In this document: positions 1 through 9,155 of the stretch, piece after piece
How the letters are laid out: every line of letters begins with the position of its first letter
Position numbering within the stretch: position 1 is the stretch's first letter
IMG/VR virus record: IMGVR_UViG_3300026302_000060
Location: 1 to 59,002 of that record
Reading direction: 5' to 3' (one strand)
Source: a virus
Taxonomy: Duplodnaviria; Caudoviricetes
DNA length: 59,002 nucleotides
Translations under genes and position numbers: made by a program
Notes under the pieces: generated by a model
Seen by the model: only the letters and a program-made list of their open reading frames with translations
What the model was told of the DNA's origin: nothing
Database searches by the model: none

Positions 1-463
1 CGGACCAGCGCGTCAAGCTGGGCCTGTCCTCGACGTAATCCATCAGCGGCACGGCAAAACCGCAGGATGTCTGCACCAGATCAAACGCAAGGCTGACGAT
101 CTGGCGCGCACCATGCGGCTCGCGACCGTCGAAATGGGCCGCCAGCAGCGCCGCATATTCCGCTTCCCCGCGCAGTATAGAGCGCCCGCGTCCGTAAAGA
201 CGCAGGATCATCGGCGCGCCTTCGAAAGCGCAGAACATGATCGTCAAACGACCATCCGCCTTCATGTGCGCCGAGGTTTCGCTGCCCGAACCGGTCTGGT
301 CGAGATAAAGAACCTCATTCGGCCCCACCACGCGCAGGCAATCGAGCCCTTTGGGCGAGAGGTTGATGCGCGACCCTGCCGCAGCGCTCGCCACGAAGAA
401 CACATGCTGGCGGGCGATGAAATCGGTCAGGCGCGCATCGAGCGCCTCGAACTGCTTGGCCAA
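1..463 (-). CDS. Pyridoxamine 5'-phosphate oxidase family FMN-binding protein (3' end outside window)
   Basis: Manual translation from TTG at 463 (not in ORF track): MAKQFEALDARLTDFIARQHVFFVASA..INLSPKG..YLDQTGSGSETSAH..RLTIMFCAFEG..QTSCGFAVP. Confidence 0.8.
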   Translation of the reverse strand, partial: MAKQFEALDARLTDFIARQHVFFVASAAAGSRINLSPKGLDCLRVVGPNEVLYLDQTGSGSETSAHMKADGRLTIMFCAFEGAPMILRLYGRGRSILRGEAEYAALLAAHFDGREPHGARQIVSLAFDLVQTSCGFAVPLMDYVEDRPSLTRWS

Positions 464-484
464 ACCGGCTCTCTTCCTGCCCGC

Positions 485-512
485 AAACAAAAGGGGCACC
501 CGAAGGTGCCCC
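485..512 (-). terminator. Rho-independent terminator after rpoH
   Basis: Minus strand GGGGCACC-TTCG-GGTGCCCC followed by TTTTGTTT. Confidence 0.75.
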
Positions 513-536
513 GATTCGTGCGCTGCGGAAAAGAGC

Positions 537-1412
537 TTAGGCCGCGCGCTTGTCGGCAATGGCCTTGAGGGTCGCGGCCTGGACCTTTTCGAAGGCGCGC
601 GCCTCGATCTGGCGGACACGCTCGCGCGAGACGCCGAACTCGGCGGAGAGCTCTTCCAGCGTCATCGGTTCATCGAGCAGGCGGCGCGCCTCGAAAATCC
701 GGCGCTCGCGCGGGTTGAGGATCGAAAGCGCGTTCGAGAGCGCGGCATGGCGGTTATCGCCCTCCTCCCGCGCGATCACAATGGCTTCCTGCGTCGCCGC
801 ATCATCGACCAGCGTGTCCTGCCATTCCCCGGCCCCATCCTCGTGCAGTTGCACGTTGAGCGAGGCATCCCCGCCGAGACGGCGGTTCATCTCGATCACC
901 TCGTGCTTTTCCACGCCGAGCTTGGTGGCGATGGTGGCCACCTGATCGGGACGAAGATCGCCCTCACCCAGCGCGGCGAGCTTCGACTTGAGCTTGCGCA
1001 GGTTGAAGAACAGCTTCTTCTGGTTGGCGGTGGTGCCGAGCTTCACAAGGCTCCACGAGCGCAGGATATACTCCTGGATCGACGCCTTGATCCACCAGAT
1101 CGCATAGGTCGCAAGGCGGAAGCCCTTGTCCGGATCAAAGCGCTTCACGGCCTGCATCAGGCCGATATTGCCTTCGGAGACGACATCGGACACCGGCAGG
1201 CCATAGCCGCGGTATCCCATCGCCACCTTGACGACGAGACGCAGATGCGAGGTCACCAGCTGGTGGGCGGCCTTGGCGTCCTGATGTTCCTGAAAGCGCT
1301 TCGCCAGCATGAATTCCTCGTCCGGCTTCAGGACAGGGAAACGGCGAATTTCAGCCATGTAACGGCTAAGACCACCCTCACCCGACAGCACGGGCATCAC
1401 GGCAGCAGTCAT
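537..1412 (-). CDS. rpoH: RNA polymerase sigma factor RpoH (sigma-32)
   Basis: Sigma-70 regions (SHLRLVVK, EGNIGLMQAVKRFDP, YAIWWIKASIQEYILRSWSLVK), RpoH box QKKLFFNLR, region 4 SRERVRQIE. Confidence 0.95.
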   Translation of the reverse strand: MTAAVMPVLSGEGGLSRYMAEIRRFPVLKPDEEFMLAKRFQEHQDAKAAHQLVTSHLRLVVKVAMGYRGYGLPVSDVVSEGNIGLMQAVKRFDPDKGFRLATYAIWWIKASIQEYILRSWSLVKLGTTANQKKLFFNLRKLKSKLAALGEGDLRPDQVATIATKLGVEKHEVIEMNRRLGGDASLNVQLHEDGAGEWQDTLVDDAATQEAIVIAREEGDNRHAALSNALSILNPRERRIFEARRLLDEPMTLEELSAEFGVSRERVRQIEARAFEKVQAATLKAIADKRAA

Positions 1413-1621
1413 CTAATCCTCCTTTGGGCACCCGTTTAACGGCGAACCCTTATGCGCAGTTCCATCATGGACCCTGCGGCTTGATGGGGAGGATAGCACA
1501 AAAAAAGAATGGCAAAAGAGGGGCGCGATTGCGCCCGCTGCATGACCAAAAAATCTGGATTGCTCTTGGCTCATATCGGGATGAAGCGGCCCGATGACAA
1601 GGGGTTGAGCCCGATGATGGC

Positions 1622-2686
1622 TTAAGCGTCACCCAAGGCTTCCAGCAGCGCGGCGAAATCCTCCGGCGGCTCCTGCTCGAAGGCCAGCTCCTCCTTCGTG
1701 CGTGGATGCTCGATCACCAGCGTCTGCGCATGCAGCGCCTGCCGGTTCATCGCCGCGAGCGCCTTGCGCGCCCCTTCCGGCAATTGCGCCTCGCGCGTCT
1801 TGAAGCCGGAGCCGTAGAGCGCATCGCCGAGCAGCGGATGCCCGATATGGGTGAGATGCACGCGAATCTGATGCGTGCGTCCCGTCTCCAGCTCGCAGGC
1901 AATCAAGGAGGCAACCACCTTGTCGTTATACGCGAAGCGCTCGAGCACTTCGTAATGCGTGATGGCGAACCGCGCGCGCTCGGCGTTCGACACCAGCATC
2001 TTCTCGCGGTTAGTGGAGGAGCGCGCGATACCCGCCTCGATGGTGCCGGTGTTGCGCGGCAACTCCCCCCAGACAATGGCGAGATAGCGCCGCTGAAGCG
2101 GCCCGGTGCGACCATGATCGGCGAACTGCTCGGCCAGCTTCTTGTGCGCCCGGTCGTTCTTGGCCACCACCAGCAGGCCCGAGGTATCCTTGTCGAGCCG
2201 ATGCACGATGCCGGGCCGCAGCACGCCGTTGATGCCGGAAAGGCTGGCCCCGCAATGGGCGATCAATGCATTGACCAAGGTTCCGCGCTCATGCCCGTTG
2301 GAGGGATGCACCACCATGCCCGCCGCCTTGTTGATGACGATGAGGTCATCATCCTCATAGGCGACATCGAGCGGAATAGCCTCGCCGACGGGCGAGGCCG
2401 GCACCGGCGGCGGCAGATCCAGCGTGATGCTCTCCCCGCCCTTCAGCTTGCGGGCGGGGCTGGTTTCCACCTTCCCGGCAAGGCTCACGCGCCCCTCTTC
2501 GATCAACCCCTGCAACCGTGCGCGGGAGAACTCGGGCATGAGGTCCGCCAAGGTCTTGTCGAGGCGTTTGCCGGCGGCTTTTTCGGGCGCAACAAGGCTC
2601 AGCGTCTCCCCGCCCAAAGCACCTTCGGCGTCTTCATGCTCGAAATCTGTTTCTGCCTCAGCTGCCACAGCCTGCTCCTCAAACAC
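1622..2686 (-). CDS. rluD: RluA/RluD family 23S rRNA pseudouridine synthase (start approximate, GTG)
   Basis: S4 domain (RLDKTLA..SRARLQ), catalytic GIVHRLDKDTSG, LETGRTHQIRVH; usual rluD-rpoH synteny. Track ORF over-extends into the tRNA. Confidence 0.9.
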   Translation of the reverse strand: MFEEQAVAAEAETDFEHEDAEGALGGETLSLVAPEKAAGKRLDKTLADLMPEFSRARLQGLIEEGRVSLAGKVETSPARKLKGGESITLDLPPPVPASPVGEAIPLDVAYEDDDLIVINKAAGMVVHPSNGHERGTLVNALIAHCGASLSGINGVLRPGIVHRLDKDTSGLLVVAKNDRAHKKLAEQFADHGRTGPLQRRYLAIVWGELPRNTGTIEAGIARSSTNREKMLVSNAERARFAITHYEVLERFAYNDKVVASLIACELETGRTHQIRVHLTHIGHPLLGDALYGSGFKTREAQLPEGARKALAAMNRQALHAQTLVIEHPRTKEELAFEQEPPEDFAALLEALGDA

Positions 2687-2794
2687 GCGCAAGAGCAGCA
2701 ATTCGGCACGCCCCGCGAAATCCCCCCTTGCGATACGCGCGGCTATTCCGTATAGCAACCGCCTTCCGGCCCTTCGCCAATCGCGAAGCCAGAC

Positions 2795-2870
2795 GCTCCC
2801 ATCGTCTAGAGGCCTAGGACACCCGCCTCTCACGTGGGTAACAGGGGTTCGAATCCCCTTGGGAGCGCCA
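2795..2870 (+). tRNA. tRNA-Glu (anticodon CTC)
   Basis: GCTCCCA..TGGGAGC acceptor stem, anticodon arm CCCGC-CT-CTC-AC-GTGGG, T-loop GGTTCGAATCC, encoded CCA. Confidence 0.95.
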
Positions 2871-2874
2871 ATCA
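2856..2874 (+). repeat. att core, left copy
   Basis: CCCTTGGGAGCGCCAATCA, identical at 54672-54690. Confidence 0.92.
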
Positions 2875-2897
2875 AAAAACGGGGCCTTATTTTTCAA

Positions 2898-4088
2898 TCA
2901 CTTAGACGCCGTTTTTGTCGCACCGTGCGACACCCCCGGTTCAGGTGCGACAATCGTGCTCCCGATCTGTTCCGGCTTGATGACGCCAATGGCTACCAGC
3001 GATGCCGCGACAAGCTCGAATCCCTCGCTCGCCAATTTCAGTTTGCTGGCATTCCGCGTGTAGGTTCTGGACTGGTTCGCAGAGCCGCTTTCCGACCATG
3101 CGAACATTGCATCGAGCATCAAATCAGATGCGCCACCCTCGGCCGCAATTGATGCAGCAGCCTTACGAAGGCCGTGGGGCGTGCAGTGGGGAATGCCAGC
3201 CTCATCGCACCTGTCTCCAAACCAATTCCCGAATGCAGCGCCCGTGGAGAACGGCCTGTCCCAGCCACTCAGCAAAAACGCCATGCTTGAATTGCCGTCC
3301 GGGGCGGGGCAAGCGTCCATCGCCTGCTTAAGCGGCCATGCGAGAGCCGTCACCAGCTCCGCGCCAGTCTTTGCTCCTGTCTTGCCGGGGCGGAATCTGA
3401 CAACGCCATCACGGATATGCTGGCGCCCAAAGCTGGCAGCATCGGAGCGCCTGAGGCCGGTAAAGAGCATAAGCATCAAGGCCAGATAGGCGCGCGAGCC
3501 GAGGGGGTGCTTCTTGGCGAAAGCTGCGATTTCTTCAAGGCTCCAGATGTGGAATCCATCTGTCGCCACCTTGATCTTGCGCAGGGGGTCGGCGGGGTTT
3601 GCGGTGGTGATCCGTACCTTGAACGCCCACGAATAGAGCGCCTTCACGCTCTTGAGCCAGTCATTGGCCGCGCCGTGGCTGGTGGAGCGCTTGGCAACGC
3701 CTGCAGAAATGGATTCTGTGCTCATCATCATGCCGCGACGACCATGGGCGGCCTTGAGGTCTTCGAGGATGCGGCGGCGGCGCGTCTTTCCAATGGGGTT
3801 GAGAACCTTGTAATCGGGGCTTTCGGTGAAGTAGCGCTCGATCAGCCATCCGAGCGTCTTGGCGGCAAAAGGTGCCTCGCCCTTTTCCTCAACCTCCGGA
3901 GCGGGGATGGTCGGCATGGCCGCGCGCAGCTTGCGCATGGCCGTGCGGTATTCCTCCAGGAACTCGGGAGAGCCGGGACGCTCGACAAGGCGGACACGCT
4001 TACCCTTCCAGCGCGCATAGTAGCGCGTCTTACCGTGGCGGGATTTTTCCTCGCTCAGATAATCAAGGGTGATGTCCATGTCGCTCAT
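2898..4088 (-). CDS. int: Phage tyrosine integrase
   Basis: TGLRRSDA (catalytic R), K in RPGKTG, HGLRK, terminal Y (SRTYTR); adjacent to att. Confidence 0.93.
   Translation of the reverse strand: MSDMDITLDYLSEEKSRHGKTRYYARWKGKRVRLVERPGSPEFLEEYRTAMRKLRAAMPTIPAPEVEEKGEAPFAAKTLGWLIERYFTESPDYKVLNPIGKTRRRRILEDLKAAHGRRGMMMSTESISAGVAKRSTSHGAANDWLKSVKALYSWAFKVRITTANPADPLRKIKVATDGFHIWSLEEIAAFAKKHPLGSRAYLALMLMLFTGLRRSDAASFGRQHIRDGVVRFRPGKTGAKTGAELVTALAWPLKQAMDACPAPDGNSSMAFLLSGWDRPFSTGAAFGNWFGDRCDEAGIPHCTPHGLRKAAASIAAEGGASDLMLDAMFAWSESGSANQSRTYTRNASKLKLASEGFELVAASLVAIGVIKPEQIGSTIVAPEPGVSHGATKTASK
2916..2957. promoter_or_regulatory. Putative integrase arm-type sites, left
   Basis: TGTCGCACC, GTGCGACAC and GGTGCGACAATCGT (2944-2957); the 14-mer recurs at 54575-54588. 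Confidence 0.65.
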
Positions 4089-4342
4089 GGAGCAACGCCA
4101 TCCCAGTCTTCGTCAACTGGTTTCTGTTCGACAGGGTTTTCCTGTCCGGCCTTGAGAGCATCAAATGCTGCATCGAGGTCCCGGATATCCCAGATTCTCA
4201 TGCGATCGACGGTGAACCCTGCCGGAGCACGCTTGGCGGCTACCAATTCGAGAAACTTGCTCTCGGACATAGAAAAATAGCCCGCCGCATCCGGCAAGCG
4301 CAGACCACGAATCGGCATGTTGATACGCATTGCCTGAGCCAT
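4085..4342 (-). CDS. Excisionase/AlpA-like small DNA-binding protein
   Basis: RGLRLPDAAGYFSMSESKF..IWDIRDLDAAFD; directly upstream of and overlapping int. Confidence 0.7.
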   Translation of the reverse strand: MAQAMRINMPIRGLRLPDAAGYFSMSESKFLELVAAKRAPAGFTVDRMRIWDIRDLDAAFDALKAGQENPVEQKPVDEDWDGVAP

Positions 4343-4644
4343 CACGAGCACCCCGACGTTTCGCCGCACGCCTGACAGGTCTGGCATGTGCCGGTTCGCA
4401 CCAAGGCAAAATTTCCGCAGTGACGGCAGGCGTCGCCGGAGATCTGGGGCGCGGCGGGTTTGGCGGGTTGGGCTTCAATAGGCTCAAAACGCCCATCATC
4501 GAACTCCTGCACAGGTCGCACCCAGATCGATCCGTCTTTCAGCGCGCAGTAGATGACGCATGGTGAAAGGTCCGCCTCAATCGTGCCGCGCATAAGCTCG
4601 ACATAGGAGCCGCCTGTCTTCTTGTGGCGATAGGTCTTGTTCAT
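4342..4644 (-). CDS. DUF1653-like protein with C-terminal Cys4 zinc ribbon
   Basis: YRHKKTGGSY..VIY..IWVRPVQEF..RF plus CRHC..CQAC. Confidence 0.6.
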   Translation of the reverse strand: MNKTYRHKKTGGSYVELMRGTIEADLSPCVIYCALKDGSIWVRPVQEFDDGRFEPIEAQPAKPAAPQISGDACRHCGNFALVRTGTCQTCQACGETSGCS

Positions 4645-4823
4645 CGCTCGCCCCTCCAGATTTTCTCCGCTTCAGCGTAGTCCTGCTCGGCGTGGGTGGG
4701 CAGGAACCCAAAGGAGCGATAGAAATCATAGTGACGGTTGATGCGGTAGATTGTGATCCAGTAGCGGACATGGCGGATAACGGGCCATTTGAGCGGGTTC
4801 ATTGCCATTATCCCCTTCCTCAA
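4641..4823 (-). CDS. Hypothetical phage protein
   Basis: 4-nt overlaps with both neighbours in the leftward operon. Confidence 0.5.
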   Translation of the reverse strand: MRKGIMAMNPLKWPVIRHVRYWITIYRINRHYDFYRSFGFLPTHAEQDYAEAEKIWRGER

Positions 4824-5053
4824 AACGGAATGTCGTTGGCTTCTTCGAGCTCGCGCAGCAGCCGAACAACTTCGCGCTGTAGTGCGCCAACGGTGGCTTG
4901 TTCGCGCTTCAGCACGTCAAGCATCTCGGCATTGTTTTTTCGAGCTATGTAAAGCTCGCCATCCAAGCGGCAGATGGTATTGCGCAATTGCGCAGCCGTG
5001 CCTTCGGTCGAAGTCTCGATGTGTTTCGCTTTGGCTGCCATTTCACACCTCAA
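4820..5053 (-). CDS. Small coiled-coil protein ending in SSB-like tail EEANDIPF
   Basis: Coupled to ssb; 3' end shares 17 nt with ssb 3' end. Confidence 0.55.
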   Translation of the reverse strand: MRCEMAAKAKHIETSTEGTAAQLRNTICRLDGELYIARKNNAEMLDVLKREQATVGALQREVVRLLRELEEANDIPF

Positions 5054-5520
5054 AACGGAATGTCATCATCGAGGTCAGCCGGGCGGCCGGACGGGGGCTG
5101 GCCCTGCATGGTGCGCGGGTCATCCTTGGTGCGGGTGGTGCCGTAGCCGTGCTCCTCGCGCTGCGGGCCGCCGGATGGCTGGCCTTCAAGGCTGAGGCGG
5201 CCGTCGAAGCGGCCGATCACGATTTCCGTGCTCCAGCGGTCCTTCCCCTCCTTGTCCTGCCACTTGCGGGTCTTGATCTGCCCCTCGATGGCAACGCGCG
5301 AGCCCTTCTTCACGTAGCTTTCAATGACCGGGACGATGTTCTGGTTGAACACCACGATGGTGTGCCACTCGGTGGCCTCCTTCCGCTCGCCCGTATTCTT
5401 GTCTTTCCAGGTCTCGCTCGTGGCGAGGCTGAAGGTGGCAACCCGGTCGCCGCCCTGGCTGGTGCGGATTTCGGGATCCTTGCCGACGTTGCCAAGGATG
5501 ATGGCGCGATTGATGCTCAT
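5050..5520 (-). CDS. ssb: Single-stranded DNA-binding protein
   Basis: MSINRAIILGNVGKDPE..TEWH..KKGS.V.IEG..TRKW, acidic tail DDDIPF; true start 5520. Confidence 0.95.
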   Translation of the reverse strand: MSINRAIILGNVGKDPEIRTSQGGDRVATFSLATSETWKDKNTGERKEATEWHTIVVFNQNIVPVIESYVKKGSRVAIEGQIKTRKWQDKEGKDRWSTEIVIGRFDGRLSLEGQPSGGPQREEHGYGTTRTKDDPRTMQGQPPSGRPADLDDDIPF

Positions 5521-5741
5521 GGTTGGTCTCCGAAAAGGTTGGGATGTTCTGCCGTGCGCGCAGCCTTGCCGGCCCTCGCCGGCGCAATCTGCCGGTGATC
5601 GAGCTCGTGCTTCAGCATCGCCAGCGTGGTTTTCTGGAAGGTGCGGGTGGCTTGGCGTTGACCGCGATGGTGCTTCGCTGCCTTGCGGCTGGCCTCCTGA
5701 TCCCGAAGCCATTTCTGGAAGATGGACGAGCGGGAGGTCAT
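5517..5741 (-). CDS. Hypothetical basic phage protein
   Basis: Fills operon gap, overlaps ssb start. Confidence 0.5.
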   Translation of the reverse strand: MTSRSSIFQKWLRDQEASRKAAKHHRGQRQATRTFQKTTLAMLKHELDHRQIAPARAGKAARTAEHPNLFGDQP

Positions 5742-5744
5742 AGC

Positions 5745-5999
5745 TCACCTCCCGTAGCGGATGACGAGGGCGAGCCATGCGCCATTGGCGACAGCGCAAC
5801 CGATGGCGACAATGCCGCTGAGCGGCTGTCCGGCGGCAGGGTAGAACCAGATGTTCCAGATGCCCCACGAAAAGAAGAAGGCGGGTGTGAGCCAATGGAC
5901 GCCGCGTATCATCCGCTCACGCCAAGCCTTGAGGATGGACGGGAGAATGAAGATTGCCCCGGCGGATTCGAAGGCGGCGTTGATGATGTCCATTCTCAT
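5745..5999 (-). CDS. Small 3-TM membrane protein, PQ-loop/SemiSWEET-like
   Basis: 84 aa, three hydrophobic segments, LPSILKAWR..RGV resembling the PQ-loop pattern. Confidence 0.5.
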   Translation of the reverse strand: MRMDIINAAFESAGAIFILPSILKAWRERMIRGVHWLTPAFFFSWGIWNIWFYPAAGQPLSGIVAIGCAVANGAWLALVIRYGR

Positions 6000-7006
6000 C
6001 GGAAAGCCCTCGGTATGGTGTTGTATTCGATGCCATCAAGGAGCCGACCAGCAGCTTTCTTGCCGACCCGCAAGATGTGGTGGTTTTCCGGCAAGCCTTC
6101 GAAGCATTGGCCGTCCAGCGGCCCGCCGTGAACACGGCGACGATGTGGATGCGCGTAGCGACCGCTGGCGGCGGGTGCGGCTGAGATTGCGGTGGCCCCC
6201 TCGACCTGCAGGGCCGAAACCCATTCCCCCCACTGCTTGAAGAAAAACGGCACCTCCGCCGCGATGCACTGATCGCGCAAGGACCGTGCCCAATCTGGGT
6301 TCATCGGCCGGGCGCCCGGCCCGCTCTCGCCGCCGACAATGATCCAATCGAGGTGCGGGTGGCCTGTAACGGACGCCCCTTTCAGCGCGTCAAAGACGAT
6401 CGGGATTCCGTCCATATAGCCGTCAGAAATGCTTGTGAGGTTCACCGGGCCGAGCAACGGCTCCATCGAGAGGCCAACCCAAGGGATGCCGAGCTTATCC
6501 TTGAGCGCCAGCAGGCGCGGGATATCGCGGTCAGCCTCCGTCTGATTGCAGACCGTGATCATCAGCCCGGCGTGTTGTGGCCATGAGGTGACGCCGATGG
6601 CGGCGAGGCGCTTCTCGACCGCGCTGATTCGCTTGGTGACGATCTGGATATGCAGGCGGGCGCACCGCTCGATCGTCTGCCACGCTTCGGCAAACCATTC
6701 GGCCGGGACTTCCAGATCGAACAGGTCCGACATGGACTGGATGAGGACGCGGCGTCGGGAGGTTTGGTGGTATCCGGCGATTTCATGATCCGCCGACCAC
6801 CAGGAATAACCGTTGTCGAGCTTGTGCAGCAGCGCCACGGCACCCTTGATCTTGCGGCGCGAGGTTCCGACGCCCCAGATGTTGTCGCCGGTGCGCTTCG
6901 ACCATGTTTCGGCGTAGCAGTGATCGCAGCCGGGGCCGACCTTGGTGCAGCCCCACCAGAAATTGACCGTGGAATCGGTCCATTCGATGTTGGATTTTTG
7001 GGCCAT
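5996..7006 (-). CDS. DUF5131 (Gp37/Gp68) family protein, radical-SAM-like
   Basis: IEWTDSTVNFWWGCTKVGPGCDHCYA, SMSDLF, SMEPLLG, WIIVGGESG, PFFFKQWG. Confidence 0.85.
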   Translation of the reverse strand: MAQKSNIEWTDSTVNFWWGCTKVGPGCDHCYAETWSKRTGDNIWGVGTSRRKIKGAVALLHKLDNGYSWWSADHEIAGYHQTSRRRVLIQSMSDLFDLEVPAEWFAEAWQTIERCARLHIQIVTKRISAVEKRLAAIGVTSWPQHAGLMITVCNQTEADRDIPRLLALKDKLGIPWVGLSMEPLLGPVNLTSISDGYMDGIPIVFDALKGASVTGHPHLDWIIVGGESGPGARPMNPDWARSLRDQCIAAEVPFFFKQWGEWVSALQVEGATAISAAPAASGRYAHPHRRRVHGGPLDGQCFEGLPENHHILRVGKKAAGRLLDGIEYNTIPRAFR

Positions 7007-7017
7007 GGTCTGCCTCA

Positions 7018-7647
7018 TCAATGTGATGGATTCGAGAGCCCGAAGTCGTCGAGCGTGAAAAGGGAGAGCACCTTGACGCTCGGCGGGAGGTAGAGATCAC
7101 CGGCAAGCCGCGCCGATGTGTGGATGCGGCGGTTCGACTTGTTCACGATGACAATCGCTGTTTCTGCCGAGGGGAGGCTGATCGCCTGCCGGCAGATCGC
7201 ATCGGCCACCGCGAGGGAGGTCGATGAGTTGCAGAGATCATCGACGAGAACGACCGGCTTTTCGTTCGCAATTCCCTCATGAAAATTCATGAGGCCGTAT
7301 TGCTTCCGCTCTTTCCGGGCCACGAAACCGTTGATCCTGAGCCCCTTCATCCTCGCGGCGAAGGGGATGCCGACGGCAAGCGGCGTGCCTGCGGTCTCCG
7401 CGCCGCAGACCTGAAAATCCGCCGTGCCCAGATGATCAACAAGCTTGTGGAGCATCATCTGAGAGGTGGCCCGCAGGAAATCAGGGTTGAACAAGCCGTT
7501 GCGGAGGTAGAACATCCAGGCGTAGCGGGAGCCTTTGGCTTTCCCCGGCATGTCTCCCCGGATGATGCAGAACCGTTCGATGTAGTCCCGGACGTAAGCC
7601 TCGAGCGCCGCGTAATCGTCTGGATCGCAGATGTTGATCTCAGCCAT
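7018..7647 (-). CDS. Type I phosphoribosyltransferase (orotate-PRT-like fold)
   Basis: GAETAGTPLA, flexible loop RKERKQYG, PRPP-binding VVLVDDLCNSSTS. Confidence 0.75.
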   Translation of the reverse strand: MAEINICDPDDYAALEAYVRDYIERFCIIRGDMPGKAKGSRYAWMFYLRNGLFNPDFLRATSQMMLHKLVDHLGTADFQVCGAETAGTPLAVGIPFAARMKGLRINGFVARKERKQYGLMNFHEGIANEKPVVLVDDLCNSSTSLAVADAICRQAISLPSAETAIVIVNKSNRRIHTSARLAGDLYLPPSVKVLSLFTLDDFGLSNPSH

Positions 7648-8008
7648 TGACCACCTCCGGCATGGCAGGGATCGAGGCCCACGCCTTCGCCTTGCACAGG
7701 TGCTGCGAGCCATCGGACGATTCGGAAATGAGCCAGGCTTCATCGCCGGTGCCGGGGTGCTGCACCCAATGAGCGGCATAGACTTCGCCGCCCGGATCGC
7801 TCAGCACGAGGATGCGGGTGTTGTGCGGTGCCGAGGCCATGTCGAAACACCAAGGCGAGGTGATGTCGGGTGCAATCTGGCGAGGTGCTTCGCTGGCACG
7901 ATCATGCCATTCCAGCAGCAGTGTGATTCCGGTACCAACGAGTTCGCCCTCGCAGACCTCCGCCATGTCGCGCAGCGCTTCGATTGTTTGTTTGTTGAGC
8001 CGTGCCAT
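7640..8008 (-). CDS. Hypothetical phage protein
   Basis: W..MASAP....ILV..W motif common in phage early genes; overlaps PRTase start. Confidence 0.55.
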   Translation of the reverse strand: MARLNKQTIEALRDMAEVCEGELVGTGITLLLEWHDRASEAPRQIAPDITSPWCFDMASAPHNTRILVLSDPGGEVYAAHWVQHPGTGDEAWLISESSDGSQHLCKAKAWASIPAMPEVVNG

Positions 8009-8012
8009 CGCC

Positions 8013-9155
8013 TCAGAACCTCATCGGCATGAGGACAACGAGCATGTCGTCACCCGTGGCGCGGCGGAACAGGGCCGGCGAGCCGGGGTCGCTGAGGGAA
8101 AGGCGGACGGTGTCACCGCCGATCGCGGCGAGGCAATCGGCCAGATAGCGGGCGTTGAATCCTGTGGTGAGCTCTCCCCCCGCATAATCGACCGCCACCT
8201 CATCTTCTGCGGTGCCGGGGTCCGGGTTGCTGACCGAGAGGCGCAGCTTGCCTTCGGTGAACTCGCATTTGACCGCTCGGCCACGCTCGGAGGCTATGGT
8301 GCTGACGCGATCGGCGGCGGTAGCCACTTCCTCTCGATCAAGGGTGGCGAGTTTTTCATTCCGCTGCGGGATAACCCGCTGATAATCGGGGAAGGTGCCA
8401 TCGATCAGTTTCGAGGTCAGCACGCGGGAACCGCAGGTGACGCGGATCTTCACGGGCGAAAGCTCGATGGTGGCCTGCTCACCGCCCGCCATCTTTGCCA
8501 GTTCGCCGATTGTCTTGCGCGGCACGATCACCCCCGGCATTCCGGCTGATCCTTCGGGGGCCTCGATGTCGATCAGCGCGAGGCGATGCCCGTCCGTTGC
8601 CACGGCTCTCAAGGTGGCAGTCCCATCCTTCTCGGGGCAATGCACGTAAATGCCGTTGAGGTAATAGCGCGTCTCCTCGGTCGAGACAGCGAACTGAACC
8701 GTCTGGATCATGGCGTGCAGGCTGGAGGTCGGCAGTGTGAACCGGTGCGACATGTCGCCGACCGCCAGATCCGGGTAATCCTCCGGCGGCAGGGTGTGCA
8801 GCGTGAAGCGCGAGCGGCCGGATTTGAGCGTGGCCTGCCCTGCGCTGTTCCAGCCGAGCGTGATCTGGCTGTTGCTCGCCAGTTTGCGGACGATATCATG
8901 CAGCGTTGCCGCCGAAACCGTGATGGCCCCGCCCCCCTCGACCGCACCGGCTTCCACCGTGGTCTCGGCCTCGATGTCGAGATCGGTCGCCTTCATGCGG
9001 ATGGCCCCGTCCTCGACGCGGATCAGCACGTTGCCGAGGATGGGGAGTGTGTTTCGCCGCTCGACGACGCGCGTGATGAAGGCCAGCGCGTCCTTGAGCG
9101 CGGCGTGTTCAAGAGTGATGGTGGTGCCCGCCTCGGGCGCTGCGTTCCTGGACAT
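8013..9155 (-). CDS. dnaN: DNA polymerase III beta sliding clamp (prophage copy)
   Basis: RRNTLPILGNVL, ATDLD, ETRYYLNG, VATDGHRLA, KLIDGTFPDY.RVIP, GFNARYL, VLMPMR. Confidence 0.93.
   Translation of the reverse strand: MSRNAAPEAGTTITLEHAALKDALAFITRVVERRNTLPILGNVLIRVEDGAIRMKATDLDIEAETTVEAGAVEGGGAITVSAATLHDIVRKLASNSQITLGWNSAGQATLKSGRSRFTLHTLPPEDYPDLAVGDMSHRFTLPTSSLHAMIQTVQFAVSTEETRYYLNGIYVHCPEKDGTATLRAVATDGHRLALIDIEAPEGSAGMPGVIVPRKTIGELAKMAGGEQATIELSPVKIRVTCGSRVLTSKLIDGTFPDYQRVIPQRNEKLATLDREEVATAADRVSTIASERGRAVKCEFTEGKLRLSVSNPDPGTAEDEVAVDYAGGELTTGFNARYLADCLAAIGGDTVRLSLSDPGSPALFRRATGDDMLVVLMPMRF

Noticed and set aside
113-1439. Plus-strand ORFs 113-568 and 351-1439
   Set aside because: Antisense to the PNPOx-family gene and rpoH
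2687-2875. N-terminal extension of the RluD ORF
   Set aside because: Reads through the antisense strand of tRNA-Glu and its promoter
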